Source: an uncultured Candidatus Saccharibacteria bacterium (GTDB taxonomy: Bacteria > Patescibacteriota > Dojkabacteria > J137). From it: 36,189 nt of DNA. The translations under genes and the position numbers were made by a program. The DNA is taken from the NCBI GenBank assembly GCA_964599845.1, contig CAZRHM010000001.1:1-36189 (forward strand). Direction: 5' to 3'. Below the pieces are notes generated by a model. It saw only the letters and a program-made list of their open reading frames with translations, did no database searches and was not told the DNA's origin. Shown here in pieces: positions 15,492-23,171 of this stretch (its first letter is position 1; each line of letters opens with the position of its first letter).

Positions 15492-16156
15492 GCAAAGCAA
15501 TCATCGTCGTCGATTTCGCTTATAAGGGTCCGAGACGCAAGGGACGTGGCACCGGGCACAAAGGATTGCGCAACACACTCAAGTATCTCCAGTACCGCGA
15601 CAATCGTACTGATCACCTGGCACAAGTTCAGGACGACGAACGCTGGCGTGACCTCGGCCTGGGGACGCATTATCGGGAGATCTTCGAGAACTGCGATCAC
15701 CTGCAAAGCAAGCACGTGCTGGCGTGGACATGGGTCGTCTCGCCCGCGCCTGACCTGATGGCACTGGTGCCGGAAGAGCAGCGACCGCAGTTGGTCTGCG
15801 ACCTGACCGAGCGGGTCGTCGAAGACTACTACACTGAGCGCGGGTTTGACCTGCCGGAATACAGCTACGTCCTGCACGACCGGTTGACCGATCCCAGAGA
15901 GGAGGGCGAAGAACCCATGCAGCATCTGCATACGCATGTCGTGTTGCCAGGAACGGCACCATCTGTCGCCGAGCGGCTGCCTGTCTACAACAACAAAGAG
16001 CGTGGTCACGATGCGCTGTTCCGACAGGTGGCAAGCCGTCACTTCGCGGAGCTGCTGGACGATGTCGTCGGCCCGGAGTGGCGTCTGGAACGTGAGGAAG
16101 AACCGGAAGTCAAACCGGAAGTCGATGATTTCGATGTATGGTTCCCAAGAAGTTAA
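15488..16156 (+). CDS. Small relaxase/mobilization-nuclease-like protein (222 aa)
   Basis: It has an N-terminal 'LKYLQYRDN' segment (candidate catalytic Tyr) and a histidine triad-like 'VLHDRLTDP...MQHLHTHVVLPG'. It sits between an RHH gene and a coupling-protein gene. Confidence 0.5.
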   Translation: MSKAIIVVDFAYKGPRRKGRGTGHKGLRNTLKYLQYRDNRTDHLAQVQDDERWRDLGLGTHYREIFENCDHLQSKHVLAWTWVVSPAPDLMALVPEEQRPQLVCDLTERVVEDYYTERGFDLPEYSYVLHDRLTDPREEGEEPMQHLHTHVVLPGTAPSVAERLPVYNNKERGHDALFRQVASRHFAELLDDVVGPEWRLEREEEPEVKPEVDDFDVWFPRS

Positions 16157-16170
16157 AGGACTGAATCGAA

Positions 16171-16386
16171 ATGACCTACCTGAAACCACAAATCGCATGG
16201 GGCCGCTTTACTTTACTCACCCTGATTCTCGCTGGCACTGCCATCGGGCGTAAGCTGGGCTTTGGCTTTGATGAAGCCCTCTACTTCGCTATGTTGTTTC
16301 TGATCATCAGCGCCTGGGCATTGAACCGCTATCTGCAGCATCAGGCACACGAACCTACTGACGGAATGGCGGAGGATGAACGGTGA
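16171..16386 (+). CDS. Small two-TM membrane protein
   Basis: It has two hydrophobic segments ('FTLLTLILAGTAI', 'ALYFAMLFLIISAWAL'). Its stop overlaps the GTG start of the coupling protein (GTGA). Confidence 0.45.
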   Translation: MTYLKPQIAWGRFTLLTLILAGTAIGRKLGFGFDEALYFAMLFLIISAWALNRYLQHQAHEPTDGMAEDER

Positions 16387-18359
16387 TCTACTGGCTATTC
16401 ACCGATGGTCGCAATCTACTGAGCAGCCTACTCGTCCCGTTGTTGTGCCTGACGTTGCTCATGCCGCTGATGGTGAGCGCGGTGTTCGGCGCGGGCATCC
16501 AGCGTAGCATTGAGGCACAGAGCGTCTCAGGTTGGAAGAATGGGATGAAGCTGCTCACTCATGGCATCGTGCTGCTGGGCATCACCGCGATTTACCTGTC
16601 TCTGGCAGGAGACACCGCCATTGAAACGATGCGTAGCAGGCAATCGACCAACGCCTTCATTCGCACCATCGCGGGCGGTCCCGATAACATAAACCACGTA
16701 CGTTTGTTCGGCTTTGGGATCATGCTGGTGTTCGTCTGGATCGTCGTTTCATTGGGACTGCACAGCGGATTGAAGAACGGTGGCTGGCTGCGTGAGTGGG
16801 TGGATCGCCTGCGGACACCGCAAGTCAGGCGAGGTGCGTTGGGTTCATCGCATTTCTGCACACAACGCGAGTACAAGCGCTTTCGGCGCGAAGACCCGGA
16901 AGGGCTGACGCTGCTCGGCGCGTTCTGGGGGGAGAACAAGCGAAGGCTCGACCTGGGCACCGGGCGCTTCTGTCTCGGCGGTGAGGACATCGCACGCGGT
17001 ATCCTGACGCTTGGTGGCCCCGGTTCCGGTAAGACGCAAGGCATCATCCTGCCCGCCATCGCCGACCGGATGCTGGCAGGACACTCACTCGTCGTCGCCG
17101 ACCCGCAAGGTGAAATCACCGGGCATATCCTCAAGTATGCTGCCGTCACCCGCCATCTGGTCGTCGTTCATGACCCGACCTCGACCATCGGCCCTCGCTA
17201 CAACTTGGCGCAGGGGATCGACAACGTATCCGACGCCCGTGCCATCGCCGATGTGCTGGTGCCCTCGGCGCAGGGGGATAACAGGTTTTGGACCGATAGC
17301 GCAGCCGCACTGTTAGCCGCGTGCCTGATCCGCTTCCCGAACTTGGGTGAAATCTACAATGCCATGAACGACCTGAAGGCACTAGCGATCAAACTTGCCG
17401 AAAAGAAAGATGACGCCGCGCTACTGGCAAACAGCTTCATTGCCTCGGTTGGATCGGACGGCAAGGTGGCGTCCAACGTAGTGGCGACTCTGGCGACAGC
17501 GCTCACGGGCTGGGCATCCACCGAAGTGCGCGACAACACCGCTGCCTCCGACTTTGACGCGGAACTGATCGTTGAACAGCCGACAGTCGTCGTGCTGACC
17601 TGTCCCGGCAGGATGCGGGCGGTGTATGCATCGTATCTTGGCGCAACCTTACGGAAGCTGATGCTCGACCTGGACACCATCGGCGAGCGCAACAAAGGCC
17701 CACTGCCCATGCCCGTCGGCGTGATCCTTGACGAGTTCCCGACATTGGGCAAGCTGGATTCGCTGGTGGCCGATGTGAACCTCGTCCGCAAGCGTCGCAT
17801 CAGCATCATGATCGGCGCACAGACGAAGGGGCAGTTCCACATGATTTATGGCAACGAAGGCACGCAAGCGCTGTTCACCGGTCTAGCGACGCAGGTCATT
17901 TATGGCGGCTGTGATGCCGACACCGCCGATTTCTACAGCAACGCCTCCGGAACGGCGACGCAGGAAGGTTCCGCCGACGACAAATACAGCCGGTCGCGCC
18001 CCCTACTGACCGTCGATGAGGTTATCACCCCCCAGATTGGCAACTGCACAATCTTCGCTCGCTATGTCGAAGCGGGGTTCGCCACACAGGTGGTGCTGAA
18101 CGCGCGGCTAACACGCTTCTACGAACGTGAGGACTGGAAGCGGCGGCTGAAATCTGGTGAAAGTGTTGAGCCGTTACTGCTGGAACGCGGTATCGCGCTC
18201 GAATTACCGCCGCCCGAACCACGCGACAAACTGCGGGAAGCGGCGGAATCCGCGATGGACAAAGTAACCGAGAAAGCAGGCGGGGCGCAGTTCACATCGG
18301 TGGCCGTCATGCGCCAAAACTACCAGCAGCGCAAACAGCAGATGGAGGTAGAGGCATGA
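16383..18359 (+). CDS. Type IV secretion coupling protein (VirD4/TraG/TraD family)
   Basis: It has N-terminal TM segments, Walker A 'LTLGGPGSGKTQGIILP' and Walker B 'VGVILDEFPTLGKL'. The size and gene context are typical of a T4CP. Confidence 0.85.
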   Translation: MIYWLFTDGRNLLSSLLVPLLCLTLLMPLMVSAVFGAGIQRSIEAQSVSGWKNGMKLLTHGIVLLGITAIYLSLAGDTAIETMRSRQSTNAFIRTIAGGPDNINHVRLFGFGIMLVFVWIVVSLGLHSGLKNGGWLREWVDRLRTPQVRRGALGSSHFCTQREYKRFRREDPEGLTLLGAFWGENKRRLDLGTGRFCLGGEDIARGILTLGGPGSGKTQGIILPAIADRMLAGHSLVVADPQGEITGHILKYAAVTRHLVVVHDPTSTIGPRYNLAQGIDNVSDARAIADVLVPSAQGDNRFWTDSAAALLAACLIRFPNLGEIYNAMNDLKALAIKLAEKKDDAALLANSFIASVGSDGKVASNVVATLATALTGWASTEVRDNTAASDFDAELIVEQPTVVVLTCPGRMRAVYASYLGATLRKLMLDLDTIGERNKGPLPMPVGVILDEFPTLGKLDSLVADVNLVRKRRISIMIGAQTKGQFHMIYGNEGTQALFTGLATQVIYGGCDADTADFYSNASGTATQEGSADDKYSRSRPLLTVDEVITPQIGNCTIFARYVEAGFATQVVLNARLTRFYEREDWKRRLKSGESVEPLLLERGIALELPPPEPRDKLREAAESAMDKVTEKAGGAQFTSVAVMRQNYQQRKQQMEVEA

Positions 18360-18643
18360 CCTTGAACAAAAACAAAATGGTACGGGAGATTGGGCAGCGC
18401 ACACGGCTGAAGAACCGCGACGTGCAGTTAGTGTTGGAAACGCTGGTCGATGTATGGACGGAAGAACTCGTCTCGGGCGGACGGATTGAGCTTGAGAACT
18501 TCCTCGTGCTGGAAACACAGACTATCGACCGGGGCGAACAAAGCGGAATGCTCACTAGCGGCGAAGCACCCCGCTTTGTTAGAAGAATAACGCTCCGTGT
18601 GAGTAAGAAATTAAAGAGAATGCTCGCCACCGATCATACTTGA
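18356..18643 (+). CDS. HU/IHF-family DNA-bending protein
   Basis: It has the typical ~95-aa size. The pattern 'KNKMVREIGQRTRLKNRDVQLVLETLVDVWTEELVSGGRIELENFLVLET' resembles the HU helix-helix-beta-arm. The gene is coupled to the T4CP gene by an ATGA overlap. Confidence 0.6.
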   Translation: MTLNKNKMVREIGQRTRLKNRDVQLVLETLVDVWTEELVSGGRIELENFLVLETQTIDRGEQSGMLTSGEAPRFVRRITLRVSKKLKRMLATDHT

Positions 18644-18685
18644 GGTGGTAGATTCACTTTTATCTGCACTACAGAGCACAGAGAT

Positions 18686-21334
18686 TTATATAAGCGTCTC
18701 AAATCCTTGATCTGCATTTGGAGGTACAAAATCGGGATCAATGACCATCCTATAATGACCAGCGTTTGCATCTGAGCCTTTTATCATTGTGTAACGCATA
18801 CCACTTGCACCTGCAGTCTGCTGTGCGAACGTCTGCTTTGCCAGCACGACGGGATCATCAACCTTGTTGTCTCCCTTCACCTCAACAATGACATAGCTAC
18901 CATCGTCCAACTGGATCAGAAAATCTGGGTAGTAACTACGAATTGTATGCGACTCGGGATCAATGTATTGAACAAAAAATTCAGATTGCCCATGCGTCAG
19001 CATACCTGTGAAGTATATTCTCGTGACACGATCAGCCCTGAGCAGGTCCCAGAAAAGCGTGTGTTCAGGCGTTGAGTCGAAGCAGTACGGATCAAGATGA
19101 AAACTTTTATTAGTATGATCTGTCACATCATCTCGACGAACAATCAAATCCTTCCGTGCGCTCATTTCGTAGAAGCCTTCGGGAGGGATTTTGACGAGAT
19201 CGACCTCATAGTTTTCGTGACGTTCATACTCTTCAATGTCATATAGCATGTCGAAAAGACGCGGGATAACCCAATCATATAACAGCTCATTGAACTCATT
19301 GACCGCCTTCAGGATACCGGGAATTCTTTCTGCCGTAGACTCAAGGATTTCTTCGATTTCCAAACATGGTTTATTGAGATAGCGAGCAATCTCTGCAACC
19401 AATGAAATGGCGGTGTATTCACGTTTCTTCCTAAACGCAGTGATATCTTCCTCTTTGATCCGTCTCCCTGCTTCGGTTAGTCCTTCTGTCTCACGATGCA
19501 GTAGACGGTACTTTTCTATATCCGCCTTGTCGAACTCAAAGCTGTAGTCTTCTTCAGGTTCACGCTCCACCAAATCGTATCGGCGACGGATGCGGCGCAG
19601 TTTGATTTTTTCTACAGGTTCACTGACCTTCACTTTAACTCGTTCCCGATTATCCCCTCGGCTTTCAAGTTCGTTTACCGATACCCTGAAGTTCTGTTGC
19701 AACTCGTCTTCTAGAATCTCTCGGTTTTCTTCACTGAGATATACATGCCCGGTCTGTTGTCCCACGCCAATCGACCGCAAACAGCGCATGGATGCCTGGA
19801 GGACGAATATCTTTGATCTGGGTTTACGATAAAGGGCCACAGAAAACAGCGACCTACAGTTCCATCCCTCGCGTCCTTTGTTGACAAGAAGAATGAACTG
19901 TTTGTCAGAGTCAGGAGTATCAAGCCGATTAAACTCGCGAATGTCTACACTTGATGTAATCTGATCATCGCCGACATTGACGAGAATTCTGTCAGTAGAA
20001 ATGCCGTATCTAGCGAGAGCAGCCTCCACTGCGGGACGCAACTCATTCTGAAGCTCGTCAATTTGACTCGCGAAGAACGCCATCTTAGGTAATAGTCCTT
20101 CATGCCGTTCATTGAGATCAACATTTTCGAGGAAGTTGTCGATGGCGAAGTTGACGAATTCATCGGACTTGGGATTGGTATAACTGTGAATACGAACCTT
20201 CTTTAGATAGGCCTTATCAATTGCTTCCTGAAGACCAAAAGCATACACAACCTCAGGAAGGATTTGGTTCTTTACATAAGGTGTACCCGTATAGTTGTAG
20301 GCAGCAACTACCTTTGTGCCTGCATTTTTTAGGCTGGTGGCAAGCTCATCAATCGTGAGGGCAAGACTCGTCTTTGTCTTGTTGAGACCCATGTCTCGTT
20401 CGAGTTGGTTGCCAAACGCATGATGAGCCTCATCTACATAGATACCAAGTTGCTCAATGCGACGTAACTTTTCAAATCGCTGATTAGTCGCCAGCTCTAC
20501 CTCATCTTCAGGTTGGTCGAAATCATAGAGATCTTCCAGTTCTTCGTAGACAGAGCCAGATTCATAGGTCGGTCGCCCAAAACCCATTAACATCTCCATT
20601 GGAGATTTCTCTGTATGCTGACGCTTGAGGATGATCTTCTGTGTATTTGAAATGACGATGTTGAAGCGCGATTTATCCAGAATATTGAGCGTCGTTCCTG
20701 CTTCATCCAGGAAGTGAAAACGGATGTTGGTATTCAGCCAATTGACGTATTCCGGTGGAACGACCTTTGTTTTGTCGAATGTCTGGATTTCTCGCAGGGA
20801 TTGTAGTACCGTCTTATCAGGTGCGAAGACTAGGGCATTGTGGCAATAACTTTCGTCTTTAGGGAACTTGTTCGCCAGCAGAAACTCATAGAAAATACAC
20901 GTTGCCATGAGAATCGTTTTGCCGGTCCCCATCGTGAGGGCGAAGATGTAGTTTGAGTATGGTCGACGATACTTACGCATGTATTTGAAGATGTCTTCAA
21001 ATTGTTCTTCTGTCTGCATATCAAACATAGAAAGCTGACGCACGTCCCCACTAACGTTTATTCGCCCCTCGAACTTCCCAGTGTTCTCCATCCATTCTTT
21101 GAACAGCAAGTGGACAGGTTTGTTGTCCAGGTATTCCTTCAGGAAGATATACATTTCCAATGCCTCAAACTGCGGCAGGCGCAGGAAAGAATTGGCATTT
21201 TCTGGGTCGTTGTAGTCCAGGTACTTACGAGTGAGTTCTCGGTAGTTGCGGCGGATGCGCCCCTTGTTGTCCGAGTAAAACTGCCACAACTGATTGAAGA
21301 ACGCGAAGTCCAGTGAGGCGACATTTCTAGCCAT
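18686..21334 (-). CDS. res: Type III restriction enzyme, Res subunit (SF2 ATPase + PD-ExK nuclease)
   Basis: Motifs are 'ALTMGTGKTILMA' (motif I), 'GIYVDEAHHAF' (DEAH box) and the C-terminal 'YYPDFLIQLDDGSYVIVEVKGD' PD...ExK motif. The start was set at ATG 21334 ('MARNVASLDF'), which overlaps the mod stop by 8 nt. Confidence 0.85.
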   Translation of the reverse strand: MARNVASLDFAFFNQLWQFYSDNKGRIRRNYRELTRKYLDYNDPENANSFLRLPQFEALEMYIFLKEYLDNKPVHLLFKEWMENTGKFEGRINVSGDVRQLSMFDMQTEEQFEDIFKYMRKYRRPYSNYIFALTMGTGKTILMATCIFYEFLLANKFPKDESYCHNALVFAPDKTVLQSLREIQTFDKTKVVPPEYVNWLNTNIRFHFLDEAGTTLNILDKSRFNIVISNTQKIILKRQHTEKSPMEMLMGFGRPTYESGSVYEELEDLYDFDQPEDEVELATNQRFEKLRRIEQLGIYVDEAHHAFGNQLERDMGLNKTKTSLALTIDELATSLKNAGTKVVAAYNYTGTPYVKNQILPEVVYAFGLQEAIDKAYLKKVRIHSYTNPKSDEFVNFAIDNFLENVDLNERHEGLLPKMAFFASQIDELQNELRPAVEAALARYGISTDRILVNVGDDQITSSVDIREFNRLDTPDSDKQFILLVNKGREGWNCRSLFSVALYRKPRSKIFVLQASMRCLRSIGVGQQTGHVYLSEENREILEDELQQNFRVSVNELESRGDNRERVKVKVSEPVEKIKLRRIRRRYDLVEREPEEDYSFEFDKADIEKYRLLHRETEGLTEAGRRIKEEDITAFRKKREYTAISLVAEIARYLNKPCLEIEEILESTAERIPGILKAVNEFNELLYDWVIPRLFDMLYDIEEYERHENYEVDLVKIPPEGFYEMSARKDLIVRRDDVTDHTNKSFHLDPYCFDSTPEHTLFWDLLRADRVTRIYFTGMLTHGQSEFFVQYIDPESHTIRSYYPDFLIQLDDGSYVIVEVKGDNKVDDPVVLAKQTFAQQTAGASGMRYTMIKGSDANAGHYRMVIDPDFVPPNADQGFETLI

Positions 21335-23171
21335 GCCGAACCTCCTGCTCCAGTGATTCGGAGAGCAAATCGGTGATCTTGATGCGGATCGTACCAGCAT
21401 CGTCCGGGATGGGGTACTCGCCTATCACCAGTTTGTTTTTGTCCGGTATGTCAACGACAATCGGTTGAAGCACTGCGCCATCGTAATTCCAGTCGATCAT
21501 GATCGACTCAACCAGTTCCCGCCAGTCTTCGACCTTCTCCGCTTGTAAGCTGAGCTTGGATAGCAGGTTCATGGGATAGAATTTCTCAATGACCAGCTTG
21601 CCATCTCGAGTGATGATCTTGGCTTCCGAGTCGCGCTTGAACTGAATTTCCTGCTTATCCCGCAGGATGTCCACAACATCTACATCTAGGATGTATGGTG
21701 AAACCTGTTGTTTGAGATGAGCGGCCAGATCAGGTTCATGCCCCATGCACACCAATGTGATTTTCTCGACTGGGCGATTCGGATGCTCGGCATAGCGGCG
21801 TTCAAACGCTCTATAGTCCATATTGCTGAGCAGGGGATTGAGGTCTTCTCGTGTAGCAATGCGATTGACCGGCATGATCTTGACCATGCGGCCATCTTTT
21901 TCACCATCAAAGAGATGAGCTTCAGCGAGAGGATTAACTTCTAGTGCCTGGATCAGTAAATCACGAGCTTCAACAGGATTGCGAAATACGTCATAGTGAT
22001 TGACGTTATAGACCTCAAATCCAGTATAGTGGATGCTGATTTCATCTTCATCTGTGGAAAAATCAAGTTTCTTCTGACCTGAGTTAAGTTCTTTTGCGAT
22101 AGCAATCAGGCGTTTTGTCGTTGTCTGTATAGCCCCCAAGTTAATGTCCGCGCCGATAAAGCGTCGTCCTGTTTTCATCGCAACGGCTTGAGTGGTTCCA
22201 CTCCCCATAAAACAGTCGAACACTAAGTCGCCTGGCTTTGACATAGACAAGATCACGCGCTCGAGCAACGCCTCAGGTTTCTGTGTATCATAACCTGTAT
22301 CTTCTTTTGCAGAATTGTTCACCTTGTCGAGATTCCACACATCGTCAGCAGGTCTTCCTGATGCCATTGCCTCCTCTAGGTATCTTTTTACTCTTTTCCC
22401 ATTCCCTGCATCAGAAAGAACATACTCCTGCCCTTGCTCATCAACCAGTATCGCTTGTTTTCTAACTCGCACATATTCTTCTTTCGACTCCCAAGGTATC
22501 GCATAAGAATTAAACATAGGCGTACTAGTCTTGCTATAGTAGATGATTACATCGTGACGACGGTTGAAGTATTTATTACCATGACGATTCCAGCCACTGT
22601 AGTGCCACACAATTTCATTTTGAAAGTTTTCCTTGCCAAAGACTTCATCAAGAATAACGCGGAGATAGTGGCTTTGATGCCAGTCACAGTGCAAAAATAC
22701 GGCACCTGAGTCCGTTAGCAATTCTCGAATTAGTATCAATCTCTCATACATAAACTGCAAATACTGGTCGTTCACCCAAATATCTGAATACTGTTTTTCT
22801 TCAAATGATGTTCTGTCACTTGATATCTCACCCCCCCTCAGAGTTATTGTTTTTTTGTAATCAGCCTTTGAAGCAAAGGGTGGGTCTATATATACCAGTT
22901 GGATAGCGCCGCGATACTCTTTCAAGAGATGGCTCATCACTTGGAGATTGTCTCCCCAGTAAATCTTGTTGCGCCATCTGTTAGTTTCAGTACCATAAGT
23001 TTCTCTATGCTGAGCAGGATAATATTGAGTTGATGTAAAAGGCTTCTTTCCATGCCAGTGGAGCATTGGATAGCCCTTGATTGGCTCAAATCTATACTCA
23101 TCAACCCGTTCAAGCGGTTTCTCAGCAGCATCCAGCCCAAGCGACTGCTGTAAGTTATCTGTGTCTGTCAT
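21327..23171 (-). CDS. mod: Type III DNA methyltransferase, Mod subunit (N6-adenine/N4-cytosine, beta class)
   Basis: Motif IV 'LVYIDPPFASKADY' comes first, followed ~220 aa later by motif I 'LVFDCFMGSGTTQAVA'. This motif order, and the position upstream of res, are typical of type III Mod. Confidence 0.85.
   Translation of the reverse strand: MTDTDNLQQSLGLDAAEKPLERVDEYRFEPIKGYPMLHWHGKKPFTSTQYYPAQHRETYGTETNRWRNKIYWGDNLQVMSHLLKEYRGAIQLVYIDPPFASKADYKKTITLRGGEISSDRTSFEEKQYSDIWVNDQYLQFMYERLILIRELLTDSGAVFLHCDWHQSHYLRVILDEVFGKENFQNEIVWHYSGWNRHGNKYFNRRHDVIIYYSKTSTPMFNSYAIPWESKEEYVRVRKQAILVDEQGQEYVLSDAGNGKRVKRYLEEAMASGRPADDVWNLDKVNNSAKEDTGYDTQKPEALLERVILSMSKPGDLVFDCFMGSGTTQAVAMKTGRRFIGADINLGAIQTTTKRLIAIAKELNSGQKKLDFSTDEDEISIHYTGFEVYNVNHYDVFRNPVEARDLLIQALEVNPLAEAHLFDGEKDGRMVKIMPVNRIATREDLNPLLSNMDYRAFERRYAEHPNRPVEKITLVCMGHEPDLAAHLKQQVSPYILDVDVVDILRDKQEIQFKRDSEAKIITRDGKLVIEKFYPMNLLSKLSLQAEKVEDWRELVESIMIDWNYDGAVLQPIVVDIPDKNKLVIGEYPIPDDAGTIRIKITDLLSESLEQEVRHG

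Noticed and set aside
15371-18630. Numerous antisense or out-of-frame ORFs (e.g. 15371..16198 -, 15579..16034 -, 16592..17149 -, 17354..17842 -, 18204..18518 -) across the relaxase/T4CP region
   Set aside because: They are GC-rich shadow frames with Arg/Pro/Ser/Ala-rich low-complexity translations. The + strand genes carry convincing Walker motifs and coupled start/stop overlaps.
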